Of a stretch of DNA of 64,000 bases, positions 39,716 to 50,200 are shown in pieces. The stretch lies in contig DYNF01000001.1 in the NCBI GenBank assembly GCA_020721205.1, forward strand, positions 4,419 through 68,418, written 5' to 3'. Within the stretch, counting starts at the first letter, position 1, and each line of letters opens with the position of its first letter. The notes below the pieces were generated by a model that worked only from the letters and a program-made list of their open reading frames with translations, was not told the origin of the DNA and did not search any database. This DNA is from Prochloron sp. SulCav_FS08_3_32_3330. GTDB lineage: Bacteria > Cyanobacteriota > Cyanobacteriia > Cyanobacteriales > DYNF01. Both the position numbers and the translations under genes were made by a program.

Positions 39716-39783
39716 ATTAATTTTGATACTTGTTCCTTCTCACACACTTTATTTTATGGAACAAATTTACTAATTAACCATCA

Positions 39784-40521
39784 ATGACAGAAGCAATTAG
39801 ACTTGATCATGTATCTTTGTGGCGACGTACCCAGGAGGAGTTTACCTACGATCTAAAAAAAACAATTTTATCTATGGTAGAGGGAAAATACCGTCAACCT
39901 GCGCGTAAATTAATTTTAAATGATCTTAATTTAGTGGTAGAAGAAGGGGAAAAAATTGGCATTATTGGTGCTAATGGTGCGGGGAAATCTACTTTATTAA
40001 AGGTGATCTGTGGCATTTTAGAACCCACTCAAGGCAAAGTTAGGGTAAAAGGTAATATTGCCCCTTTGATCGAGTTGGGGGCGGGTTTTGATGCAGATTT
40101 ATGCCTGATTGATAATATTATTATGTATGGAGTTTTATTAGGTTTTTCTCGTCAAGAAATGAAAGAAAGAATTAACTCTATTTTAGATTTTGCTGAGTTA
40201 GAAGACTACGCCCATGCCCCGGTTAAGTCTTTATCTTCTGGAATGGTAGCTAGACTCGGCTTTGCGATCGCCACCGATATTCACCCTGATATTTTAATCT
40301 TAGATGAAGTTTTATCCGTTGGGGATGAAAGTTTTAGGAGAAAATGTCACAAAAGAATGGATCGATTTTGGGATAATAATGCGACAATTTTAGTAGTTTC
40401 TCACTCCATGGATTTTATTAAACAATCTTGTGATCAAGCTATTTGGTTAGATAAAGGTAATCTTAAATTAGTTGGAGAAAGTAAGGAGGTTATTCAATGT
40501 TATATTGACAGTGTCAATTAA
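39784..40521 (+). CDS. wzt: Polysaccharide ABC exporter ATPase (short form, no C-terminal CBM)
   Basis: GANGAGKST, ELGAGF, LSSGMVARLGFA, ILDEVLSVGD. Confidence 0.93.
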   Translation: MTEAIRLDHVSLWRRTQEEFTYDLKKTILSMVEGKYRQPARKLILNDLNLVVEEGEKIGIIGANGAGKSTLLKVICGILEPTQGKVRVKGNIAPLIELGAGFDADLCLIDNIIMYGVLLGFSRQEMKERINSILDFAELEDYAHAPVKSLSSGMVARLGFAIATDIHPDILILDEVLSVGDESFRRKCHKRMDRFWDNNATILVVSHSMDFIKQSCDQAIWLDKGNLKLVGESKEVIQCYIDSVN

Positions 40522-40623
40522 AACATAGACAAAATCTTTCCTCAAATCGGAAAAATAATTTGTGATTTAATTATGCTGGATTTCTACTATGATAGAGACT
40601 AAAATAAAATTAAAGTTAATTGT

Positions 40624-40974
40624 ATGGATCAAAAATTTATAATTAAGGTTTTAGAAAATGAACTAGGATCAAGTATTTTTGAGAAATGGTATTATTCCCT
40701 CAAAGATAAACAGATTAGAAGGAGAATATTACTAAGACTGAAAAGAGTTAGCCAAGGAAATTTAGGAGATTGGAAAAGTGTTGGTTCACAAGTTTTTGAA
40801 ATGAGGATCGATCTAGGTCCAGGTTATAGAATTTATTTTAGTCGTATAGAAGATACTATTATTGTCTTACTAGCAGGTGGAGATAAAAGTAGTCAATCAA
40901 GCGATATCAAAAAAGCCATTAAATTATGGGAGGATTATCAAAATGAGACTGAAAGATTTTTGCGAGACTTTTAA
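40624..40974 (+). CDS. RelE/ParE-superfamily addiction-module toxin (HI1419-like)
   Basis: GNLGDWKSVG, EMRIDLGPGYRIYF, LLAGGDKSSQSSDIKKA. Confidence 0.9.
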   Translation: MDQKFIIKVLENELGSSIFEKWYYSLKDKQIRRRILLRLKRVSQGNLGDWKSVGSQVFEMRIDLGPGYRIYFSRIEDTIIVLLAGGDKSSQSSDIKKAIKLWEDYQNETERFLRDF

Positions 40975-41206
40975 AGAGGATTTAACCGATCCCGAATTTG
41001 TGATTGGCTATTTAGAAGATGCCCTAGAAGAAGGCGGAGTATCTTTATTTATTGATGCTTTAGAAGATGTAGTCATGGTTCACCAAAAAGACTCAAATAA
41101 TCAATTATTTTCTGACTTTCTTAATCATCCTAGGGCAGAAATGTCTTTAGTGTTTGAAATTTTAAATAGTTTAGGTTTAAGCATCAATTTAAAAGTTAAA
41201 TGTTAG
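40943..41206 (+). CDS. Addiction-module antitoxin (HI1420-like)
   Basis: EDLTDPEFVIGYLEDALEEGG; overlaps the toxin 3' end; central HTH looks degenerate. Confidence 0.78.
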   Translation: MRLKDFCETFKEDLTDPEFVIGYLEDALEEGGVSLFIDALEDVVMVHQKDSNNQLFSDFLNHPRAEMSLVFEILNSLGLSINLKVKC

Positions 41207-41227
41207 AATATAGACGACTTGGCTCTC

Positions 41228-41335
41228 CGTTTGATTGTTAACATTAATTACCTCAAACAGATCATTTACATAAAATATGTTTTAACCCATACCGAATATG
41301 ACAAAAACTATTGGAAAAGAGACCCTTACTTTTAA
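41228..41335 (+). pseudogene. C-terminal fragment of a HigB-type mRNA interferase
   Basis: RLIVNINYLKQIIYIKYVLTHTEYDKNYWKRDPYF*; TH(A)EYDK motif; no start. Confidence 0.75.
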
Positions 41336-41410
41336 CTCAGATGCCTATAAGCTCAATCAGAATTAACTCTTTAAAATTATAAAAAATATGTTGATAAAAT
41401 TTATAGTTCC

Positions 41411-41490
41411 CTTTATCTTCGGGAATGGTAGCTAGACTGGGCTTTGCGATCGCTACGGATATTAATATTGTTCTTTTTGATGAAATAGTC
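41411..41490 (+). pseudogene. Diverged internal fragment of wzt
   Basis: LSSGMVARLGFAIATDI..IVLFDE; first ~53 bp match 40229-40281 apart from 4 third-position changes. Confidence 0.85.
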
Positions 41491-41533
41491 AAAACTTCCG
41501 AATTTTTGACTATTTCGGAAATTTAAAACCTAT

Positions 41534-41667
41534 TAAGTAGATGGTCATAAATAAAGTAACAAAAAAAAGATAGTTCGTAGTTGGGCTTTAGCCCTATCGC
41601 TATAGGGCTAAAGCCCAACTACAAACTTTTTTATATAGGACAATAAATAATTATGACCACCTACTTA
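41534..41667. mobile_element. MITE-2 copy carrying a family A REP doublet
   Basis: TAAGTAGATGGTCATAA...TTATGACCACCTACTTA; opposite orientation to the 27368 copy. Confidence 0.8.
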
Positions 41668-41669
41668 TA

Positions 41670-42608
41670 TTAAGACAAGGGATGTTGTCTATACCAATCA
41701 ATCGTATTTTTTAATCCATCTCTTAAAGAAGTTTGGGCAACAAAACCGAAATATTCCTGAGCTTTCTTTGTATCTAAACAACGACGAGGTTGACCATTTG
41801 GTTGATCTGTTTCCCAAATAATTTCTCCATCAAATTCCATAATTTCACAAATTAATTTCACTAAATTTTTAATCGAAATTTCCGAATTTGTACCTAAATT
41901 AACAGGTTCAGAACTATTATATTTTTGGGTTGCTAAAACAATTCCTTTAGCCGCATCTTCCGCATATAAAAATTCCCTGGTAGGGCTACCATCACCCCAC
42001 ACATATAAATGTTTTTCCCCTTTTTGTTGAGCATCATAGACTTTTTTAATTAAAGCGGGGATCACATGGGAACTTTCCGGTTTAAAATTATCACCAATCC
42101 CATATAAATTAACAGGTAATAAATAAATACCATTAAAATTATATTGTTGACGATAAGCTTGTAATTGAACTAATAAAGCTTTTTTCGCAATACCGTAGGG
42201 AGCATTAGTTTCTTCAGGATAACCATTCCAGAGGTCTTCCTCTTTAAAAGGAACAGGAGTAAACTTGGGATAGGCACAGATCGTGCCAACACAGACAAAT
42301 TTTTCCACTCCTGCTTGATAGGCAGAATGGATCAATTGGGTTCCCATTATGATATTATCGTAAAATAGTTCGGCTGGTTTTTCTCGGTTAAGTCCAATTC
42401 CTCCCACATGGGCGGCTAAGTGAATCACAATATCTTGTTTTTCTACGGCTTTTTGACAATTTTCTAGTTGTCTTAAATCACAGTCATGCGATCGGGGAAT
42501 GGTAATATTTTCAAGTTTTGCACCAGCTTGAGTAAGTTGAGAAATTATTTGGTTGCCTAAAAAACCTGAGCCACCTGTAACAAGAATGTTTTTATCAAAT
42601 AACAACAT
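41670..42608 (-). CDS. fcl: GDP-L-fucose synthase
   Basis: HLAAHVGGIG, GTICAYPK, PYGIAK, PVNLYG, SHVIPAL, WGDGSPTREF. Confidence 0.93.
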   Translation of the reverse strand: MLLFDKNILVTGGSGFLGNQIISQLTQAGAKLENITIPRSHDCDLRQLENCQKAVEKQDIVIHLAAHVGGIGLNREKPAELFYDNIIMGTQLIHSAYQAGVEKFVCVGTICAYPKFTPVPFKEEDLWNGYPEETNAPYGIAKKALLVQLQAYRQQYNFNGIYLLPVNLYGIGDNFKPESSHVIPALIKKVYDAQQKGEKHLYVWGDGSPTREFLYAEDAAKGIVLATQKYNSSEPVNLGTNSEISIKNLVKLICEIMEFDGEIIWETDQPNGQPRRCLDTKKAQEYFGFVAQTSLRDGLKNTIDWYRQHPLS

Positions 42609-42690
42609 AATAATTAGAAATTAAATATAAATGATTAAATATTTTATTATAAATTGTCAAATTACACCAAAATATAAAAAAATTAATTAA

Positions 42691-42792
42691 TATAGCAGAG
42701 AACGAGTTGCTTAGGACATATATTTTCCGTATCTGTCAGTATTACTTGGTTCATAAAGATAAAGTGTCCTAACAAACTCATTCTGTGCTATA
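42691..42792. mobile_element. MITE-3 (TATAGC-ended, ~28-bp TIRs)
   Basis: TATAGCAGAGAACGAGTTGCTTAGGACA / TGTCCTAACAAACTCATTCTGTGCTATA. Confidence 0.75.
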
Positions 42793-42801
42793 TTTACAAT
42801 T

Positions 42802-42870
42802 ATGATTATCAAAAAAATTAAAACAATTTAAAATTTAATTTTGTCAAAGCTAGATTATTTAATAGAAATT
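42802..42870 (+). pseudogene. Diverged duplicate of the 5' end of the 44062 methyltransferase
   Basis: MIIKKIKTI*NLILSKLDYLIE vs MIFKKVINLKNLVLSKLDNLLD (12/22 identical, no gaps). Confidence 0.65.
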
Positions 42871-42885
42871 AAGGACATTATACTA

Positions 42886-43881
42886 ATGGAATCAATACTT
42901 CAACGCCTCTATAATTATTGGTGGAATCAAAAATTAAGGGAATTATCAGATTTAACAAAGGAAAATTCAGATATAATAAATCAAGATAATCCATTTGGTA
43001 AATTACGATTTATTTTAGGTATAGGAAGAAGTGGCACAACTTGGGTGGCTCAAACCATTGCCAAAACTAAAGTTCCCCTCCGTTATTATGAAGAACCTTT
43101 ATATCACATTAATCCTCGTCTTAATTTAAACTTTTCTAATCAGAAATACGATCATACAGCTATTGATTATTGCTCATCTTTAAGTCCTAATCATCGTTTA
43201 ATTAGTAGCTATCAAATATTAGCTGATCAAAATATTCCACAAGAGTTTTTATCCCAAAACTTTATTAAAAGATTTGATAAAAACTTTCGTTATACCCTAA
43301 TAAAAGAAGTACATAGTCTATTGTCTATTGAATCATTGATAAAACATTTTTCAAGTCCATTTATTTTAATATTACGCTCTCCTTTTAGGATTGTAGATAG
43401 TCTGATTGTAGCACAAGGTTATGAATCTTTTTATTTAAAAGGTGAGTATAAAAACATTAAAAATAATACTAAACTCAAAAAGCTCTTACTTAATATAAAA
43501 AACTTAAAAATTCACGAATGTTGTCAAGCAATTGACCGATACTCAGAAGATAATAAGAAAAAAGTGCTTCAGCTTTTACTAACTATTAGCGTGATTCAAT
43601 CACTCTTTAAATTAATGTCTCAAAAATATGCCCATGTATTATCTGTTAATTACGAATCAATTTGTGAACAACCCAATGAGAATTTTAACAAGATTAGTGA
43701 TTTTTTGGGTTTGGACTATCAAGAAAATAACTACATTTTTCAAGGCGAATCAATATCTCCCTACAGTCTTGTGAGGAAGACTGTACAACAAAATTTAAAA
43801 CCACTGCATAATTTTTCAGAAGCTGATATTGGTGAATATTTATCATTTTTTCAAACCTATAATATAGGGGTTTGCGATTGA
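42886..43881 (+). CDS. Sulfotransferase family protein
   Basis: 5'-PSB loop FILGIGRSGTTW, YYEEP, 3'-PB ILRSPFRIVDS, VNYESICEQP. Confidence 0.85.
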   Translation: MESILQRLYNYWWNQKLRELSDLTKENSDIINQDNPFGKLRFILGIGRSGTTWVAQTIAKTKVPLRYYEEPLYHINPRLNLNFSNQKYDHTAIDYCSSLSPNHRLISSYQILADQNIPQEFLSQNFIKRFDKNFRYTLIKEVHSLLSIESLIKHFSSPFILILRSPFRIVDSLIVAQGYESFYLKGEYKNIKNNTKLKKLLLNIKNLKIHECCQAIDRYSEDNKKKVLQLLLTISVIQSLFKLMSQKYAHVLSVNYESICEQPNENFNKISDFLGLDYQENNYIFQGESISPYSLVRKTVQQNLKPLHNFSEADIGEYLSFFQTYNIGVCD

Positions 43882-43957
43882 GTGAATACACATATATCCT
43901 TGTGTAGAAAGCTTTACAACTATTGCTAATGTTCTCATTCAACTGCACACCGCTATA
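43863..43957. mobile_element. Degenerate TATAG-ended MITE overlapping the sulfotransferase stop
   Basis: TATAGGGGTTTGCGATTGAGTGAATACA / TGTTCTCATTCAACTGCACACCGCTATA. Confidence 0.6.
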
Positions 43958-44061
43958 TATCAATTTAAGAAAATAGTTGACAGAAATAACCAAAGTAAGC
44001 TAGTCTAACTTTATTACTTTATATTTGGTAAATATAATTTTATAGGATAAGGAGTGGAACT

Positions 44062-44928
44062 ATGATTTTTAAAAAAGTTATTAATTTAAAAAATTTAGTA
44101 TTATCTAAACTAGATAATCTGTTAGATAATACAAAGTTAATAATAGAAAAAATTGAGGTTGTGTTAGGACAAAATGAAAAAATATTAAATCAAAAAGAAG
44201 CAACAGAAAATAATTATGCTGTAATCAAAAAAATTAATAATGATCCTGTTGATAATTTTCATGGAGATTTTTATATTCGGCATAATCAACGACGCTTAGA
44301 ACATCTTGCTAGTTTACATTTACCTATTTGTGGGACTAAACTTTTAGAAGTAGGAGCAGGTATTGGAGATCATACCTCTTTTTTCTTGGATCGAGGTTGT
44401 GCAGTCGTAACTACTGAGGCAAGAAAAGATAATTTGGATTTGTTACGCAATCGTTATCATTGGATAAGGGTCGAACATTTAGACTTAGATGAGCCTCAAG
44501 GATTAGAAAATGAACTATTTGACATTGTTTACTGTTATGGTCTTTTGTACCATTTACAAAAACCTGCTCAAGCCATTGAATTTATGGCTCATCATTGTAC
44601 AAAAATGCTTTTGTTGGAAACCTGTGTTTCTTTGGGAGATGGAGAAGAAATAAATCTGTGTGACGAACAAGGAGATAACCCAACTCAAAGTTTTTCAGGC
44701 AAAGGCTGTAGACCTACCAGAAATTGGGTTTTTAATTGTTTGAAAAAGCATTTTGATTTTGTGTATATGCCAATTACCCAGCCCAACCATCCAGAATTTC
44801 CCCTAGATTGGACTAACCTAAATTCTTCGGAAAATCTAACAATATCTATTTTTATCGCTTCAAGGGAAAAAATTAATAATAATCTTCTTCTTGAGGATAT
44901 TCCACTACAACAAATTCATCAGCAATAA
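44062..44928 (+). CDS. Class I SAM-dependent methyltransferase
   Basis: LLEVGAGIG, FDIVYCYGLLYHL. Confidence 0.85.
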   Translation: MIFKKVINLKNLVLSKLDNLLDNTKLIIEKIEVVLGQNEKILNQKEATENNYAVIKKINNDPVDNFHGDFYIRHNQRRLEHLASLHLPICGTKLLEVGAGIGDHTSFFLDRGCAVVTTEARKDNLDLLRNRYHWIRVEHLDLDEPQGLENELFDIVYCYGLLYHLQKPAQAIEFMAHHCTKMLLLETCVSLGDGEEINLCDEQGDNPTQSFSGKGCRPTRNWVFNCLKKHFDFVYMPITQPNHPEFPLDWTNLNSSENLTISIFIASREKINNNLLLEDIPLQQIHQQ

Positions 44929-44969
44929 AAGTTACTTACTCAACTGCAAAAATAAGGTTTAAATTAATT

Positions 44970-45512
44970 ATGCTTAAGATGATAAACAGTATTTTAAAAC
45001 TTTTCAAAATGAAGTTAATAGAGGATAATGCTTTGAAGTTCAAGCAAAAAGGTATTAACGTTGAAATTCATGCAACCAGCCAAATTATTAACCCAGAAAA
45101 AATTATTATTGGTGATGGTACTCAATTAAGTATAGGGGTAGTGATATGGGCAAATACAGATGATGATATTATCATAGGTAAAGATTCAAATATTAATGCT
45201 TATAGTTTTGTTCAAGGTAAAGTATCTATAGGGAATCATGTCATGATATCTCCATTATCCGCCATCTTTGGTGGAAGCCACGATTTTTCAGATATTTCTA
45301 AGCCGATGAAGTATCAAGGTGGGACAATTAAAGGCATTGTAATCGAAGATGACGTTTGGATAGGCTCTCATTGTGTTATTTTGGATGGAGTTAAATTGGG
45401 TAAAGGGTGTATTATTGCAGCTGGTGCTGTTGTCACAAAAGATGTGGAAGAATATACCATTGTGGCTGGGATTCCAGCCACAAAGATTAAGAGTAGAAAA
45501 TCAACTTCCTAA
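44970..45512 (+). CDS. Hexapeptide-repeat (LbH) O-acetyltransferase
   Basis: IVIEDDVWIG, IIAAGAVVTKDV, VAGIPA. Confidence 0.9.
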   Translation: MLKMINSILKLFKMKLIEDNALKFKQKGINVEIHATSQIINPEKIIIGDGTQLSIGVVIWANTDDDIIIGKDSNINAYSFVQGKVSIGNHVMISPLSAIFGGSHDFSDISKPMKYQGGTIKGIVIEDDVWIGSHCVILDGVKLGKGCIIAAGAVVTKDVEEYTIVAGIPATKIKSRKSTS

Positions 45513-45585
45513 ATCATTTTTTTAAGTGAATCAACTAAATCATTATCAATTTTATCTAAATAAATATACATTCTTAATCGAAAAA

Positions 45586-47223
45586 ATGACTAATTCTAAT
45601 CAAAAAAGCAGTTATTCCCAATCAGGGGAAGATTTAATTATTAAGTTTATCTTTGATGCACTAGGTATTAATAAACCTAGTTATATTGATATTGGTGCTT
45701 ATCATCCTGAGATATTAAGTAATACTGCTTTATTTTATCAAAATGGTTCTCGTGGTCTTAATATTGAGGCAAATCCTCAATTAATTACTAATTTTATTGA
45801 CCTGCGAAATGAAGATATAAATTTGAATATAGGGATAGGAGAAACCACAGAAAAACTAGATTTTTATGTCATATCTGTGCCAACTTTAAGTACATTTTCT
45901 GAAACTGAAGCTAAACTATATACGGAAAATGAAAAGTATAAAATTGAGGAAACTATTCCCATTGAAACTTATACAGTTAATCATGTAATTAATCATTATT
46001 TAGATGGTCATTTTCCTGATTTTTTATCCTTAGATGTGGAGGGGTTTGACTTACTAATTCTTAGGTCAATTGATTATGAAAAAAGTTATCCTTTGGTAAT
46101 TTGTGTAGAAACAATTTCTTTTTCCGAAACTGGAGAAGGTATCAAAAATTTAGAAATCATTAATTTTTTAGAATCTAAAGGTTATTTAAAATATGCCGAT
46201 ACCTATATTAATACTATTTTTGTCAAAGCAAATGTTTGGCTGAATCAAAAAATAACTAATTATGATTTTGACCAGAAGAATAAAATAATTACTCATGCGA
46301 TTTCTCATCAAGTAGATCATAACTTGATTTATCAACTTGAACTAGCAAAACAACAAATTACTGCTATGGAAAGTAGCAAATTTTGGAAGTTACGAAAAAT
46401 TTGGTTTAAACTTAAAAGTTTTTTAAAATCAGATCATAATCAAGAACAAGATTCTTTTGTTAAAATTGAATCTCAAGCTAGTTCAAAATTAGAAGAAGTT
46501 AATTTAGAACAAGTTAATCTTATACCTGTACAAGTAGGAACGATAAATGAGCAACCTCGTAATCAATGGATCGAAAAACAACTCGGACAAATACCCGCAG
46601 GATTAAGATTATTAGATGCTGGATGTGGTGAACAACAATATCGAAAATTTTGTCAGCATTTAACTTATGTTGGTCAAGATTTTGATAGTTATCATGGAGA
46701 AGGCGATCTTAAAGGCTTGCAAATGGGAAGTTGGGATCAAAGTAATATTGATATAATTAGCGATATTACTTTAATTCCTCAACCGGATCAATCTTTTGAT
46801 GTTATTTTATGTTCAGAAGTTTTTGAACATCTTCCTGATCCACTATCTGCTTTAAAAGAATTTGAACGGTTGCTTATTCCAGGAGGAAAGTTAATTTTAA
46901 CTGCTCCATTTTGTAGTTTAACCCATTTCTCGCCTTATCATTTTTATTCAGGATTTAATCGTTATTTTTATGAAACTAACTTAAGTAAATATGGATTTGA
47001 GATACTAGAGATTGATATAAATGGTAACTTTTTTGAGTATGTTGCACAGGAATTACGTCGTGTAAATTATGTGGGACAGCGTTATGCTAATTATGATTTT
47101 TCTGATCAGGATCATAGTACAATTTATCAATCATTATGTCTGTTAGATACCATTAATCAACAACAAAAAGATTCTGAAGAATTGCTTTGTTTTGGTTATC
47201 ATATCTTAGCTGTAAAAAAATAA
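45586..47223 (+). CDS. FkbM-family methyltransferase fused to a class I methyltransferase
   Basis: SYSQSGED, YIDIGAYHP, LSLDVEG; linker AMESSKFWKLR; LLDAGCG, FDVILCSEVFEH. Confidence 0.88.
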   Translation: MTNSNQKSSYSQSGEDLIIKFIFDALGINKPSYIDIGAYHPEILSNTALFYQNGSRGLNIEANPQLITNFIDLRNEDINLNIGIGETTEKLDFYVISVPTLSTFSETEAKLYTENEKYKIEETIPIETYTVNHVINHYLDGHFPDFLSLDVEGFDLLILRSIDYEKSYPLVICVETISFSETGEGIKNLEIINFLESKGYLKYADTYINTIFVKANVWLNQKITNYDFDQKNKIITHAISHQVDHNLIYQLELAKQQITAMESSKFWKLRKIWFKLKSFLKSDHNQEQDSFVKIESQASSKLEEVNLEQVNLIPVQVGTINEQPRNQWIEKQLGQIPAGLRLLDAGCGEQQYRKFCQHLTYVGQDFDSYHGEGDLKGLQMGSWDQSNIDIISDITLIPQPDQSFDVILCSEVFEHLPDPLSALKEFERLLIPGGKLILTAPFCSLTHFSPYHFYSGFNRYFYETNLSKYGFEILEIDINGNFFEYVAQELRRVNYVGQRYANYDFSDQDHSTIYQSLCLLDTINQQQKDSEELLCFGYHILAVKK

Positions 47224-47246
47224 AAAAAATAGGAGAAATTAAAATC

Positions 47247-50200
47247 ATGTTAAATATCATTGTTTTCAGTAAAGATAGAGCTTGTCAGTTAGAATTGATG
47301 TTAAGAAGTTTGAAATTATTTTTACACAATTGGCAATCTTACTCGGTATATATTATTTATAATTATAGTAACAGTGATTATCAACAGGGTTATGAATTGG
47401 TAAAAAAGCAACACTCTGAATTTCATTATTTACCTGAATCCCAAGAGAAAATTAACAATGATTTCAAAAACAAAGTTTTAGAATGTTTTAGTAACAATTC
47501 CCCTTATACTATGTTTTTAGTTGATGATTTAGTTTTTAAATCATTTGTTGATTTGATAGATACAACATTTCAAATTTTTGTTAATAATCCTGATATTCTT
47601 TGTTTATCTTTAAGACTTTCTCCTAATATTAAATATTGTTATACAACCAATAGTTTTTCTCCACCACCTTCCTTTGATGAAAATTTGGTTTGGAATTGGC
47701 AAAATCAATCTAAAAATACTGATTGGGGCTATCCTATGTCTCTTGATGGGCATATATTTAGAACATTAGAAATTTATCATCTGATACTTAATCAATCATT
47801 TAATAATCCTAATACTTTTGAATCTAAGTTAGCTAATCATACTCTTTCATCTCCTCAAATGATCTGTTATTCTGAGAGTAAAATAGTTAATATACCAGCT
47901 AATAAAGTTCAGAATATTTATAGTAATCGTTATGGGCAAATGGCTGAGGTAAATGAGTTAAATCAAAACTTTTTAAATAATAATTGTTTAAGTCTTAAAC
48001 CTATTCTTGATACTCAAAATATATCTGTTCATCAAGAAATTCCTCTACACTTTTTACCTTATTCACAAGATAAGCATGAAATATCAGTGATTATTTTATG
48101 TGCAAATGATGCTTTTCAACTAATTTATCAAATAGAATCTTTACTGGTTCAAACAATTTGTCCCAAAGAAATTATTTGCATTTGTAATGAAAAATATTTA
48201 ACAATTATTAACACTGCTGAATTACTAAAACAGTTGTATCCGAATATAAAACTAATAATTAATTCTAGTGGTAATGATACTCAGATTATAGAAAAAATAA
48301 TTACAGAAAATAATAAAGTAATTATTTTAGAGACAAATCAATCTATCTCATCCACTTTTATTGAAGATAAGTTCAATAATAAAAATCTTGAAGATACGGC
48401 TTTTAATAATTTACAAAAGCTTAAGTATGAAAAGGAGAAATTAATTTTTAAATCAGAACAAATAGAATCTCAACTACAATTTCAACTTGAATTTACAAAT
48501 CCTCAATTACATCAAACTCAAATTCAATTACAACAAATTCAATCTCAATTAAATCAAACTCAAATTCAATTACAACAAACTCAGTCTCAATTAAATCAAA
48601 CCCAAATTCAATTACAACAAACTCAGTCTCAATTAAATCAAACCCAAATTCAATTACAACAAACTCAAATTCAATTACAACAAACTCACATTGAAATTAA
48701 TGCGATTAAAAGTAGTAAATTCTGGAAATTGCGCGAAAAATGGTTTGAATTTAGACAAAAAATAGGTATAACTAATAATGAGCAGGGATTATCTTTAAAA
48801 AAATTTAGTCGTATCGTTAAAAATAAAATTGAGATTAAACCAAAGATTATTGTAGAAATAGAACAACAAAAGTGGGATCAAAATTTACCTTTAGTTAGTG
48901 TTATTATTCCCTGTTATAATTATGGAAAATATGTAGAAGAAGCAATAGATTCTGTTTTAAATCAAACATTTCAAAACTTGGAAATTATAGTAGTTGATGA
49001 TGGTTCAACTGATCATGATACTATACAAATATTAGATAATCTTAATAAACCTAAAACAAAATTAATTAGAACAACAAATCAAAAACTTCCTGCTGCTCGT
49101 AATAATGGCATTAAATCAGCAAAAGGTAAATATATTTGTTGTTTAGATGCTGATGATTTACTTAAACCAACTTATTTAGAAAAATGCTTAATTAAATTAG
49201 AAACGGAAAACTTAGATATTTGTTGTACTTGGGTTAAAGAATTTGGAGATCATGATGTTATTCATTCTAATATAGAATTTAATCTTGAAACTCTAATCTA
49301 TCAAAATTGTCTTCATGTCTCAGCTATATTTAAACGTAGTATATGGGAGAAAACTGGTGGTTATGATGAAACAATGATTAATGGTTATGAAGATTGGAAT
49401 TTTTGGATTGCGATCTCCAAAGCTGGGGGTATAGGTGGAAAAATAGATGAACCTCTCTTTTTATATCGAAAACATGGTCATTCGATGATAAATTCTGCTT
49501 TTGAAAACCATGATATTTTGTATGAACAAATCAAGGCTAATCATCAAGAGTTATATTTTAATAAAAATATAATTAAAGAAATTAATAGTAATCATCAAAA
49601 GTATATTGTTAAAAATGGTTATGTGAACTTAGCAAGTAGTTTTCAATATCCATCTCAGGTAAACAAAAATAAGAATCATATATTGTTTGCACTACCTTGG
49701 ATCGTAACTGGAGGTGTAGATACTGTAATTCTACAATTAACTAAAACTTTAAAAAGTCAAGGATTTACGATCACAGTTTGTACAACTGTTAAAACAAGTC
49801 CAGATATGGGTAATAACACCCCAAAATATGAGGAATTTACCACAGAAATATATGATTTATATAAATTTATCAAACCAGAAACTTGGTATGATTTTATTTT
49901 TTATTTGATTAAATCTAGGAATATAGATATTATTTTTCTAGCAGGTTCAAGTTATTTTTATAGCATTTTACCAAATATTAAGCAAGATTTTCCTAATATT
50001 AAAATTATTGATCAATTATATAATGAATTTGGGCATATAGATAATAATCGTCGCTATGCTAATTATATAGATATAAATATTGTTGAAAATGAAACTGTTG
50101 AAAATTGTTTGCTTTTTACCTATCAGGAGAAAAGCGAAAAAGTTTGTTTAATTAATAATGGAGTTGATACTAAATATTTTAATCCTAGCACTTACAATGA

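Noticed and set aside
40522-40575. Possible further toxin-gene tail (NIDKIFPQIGKIICDL)
   Set aside because: Too short to assign by eye.
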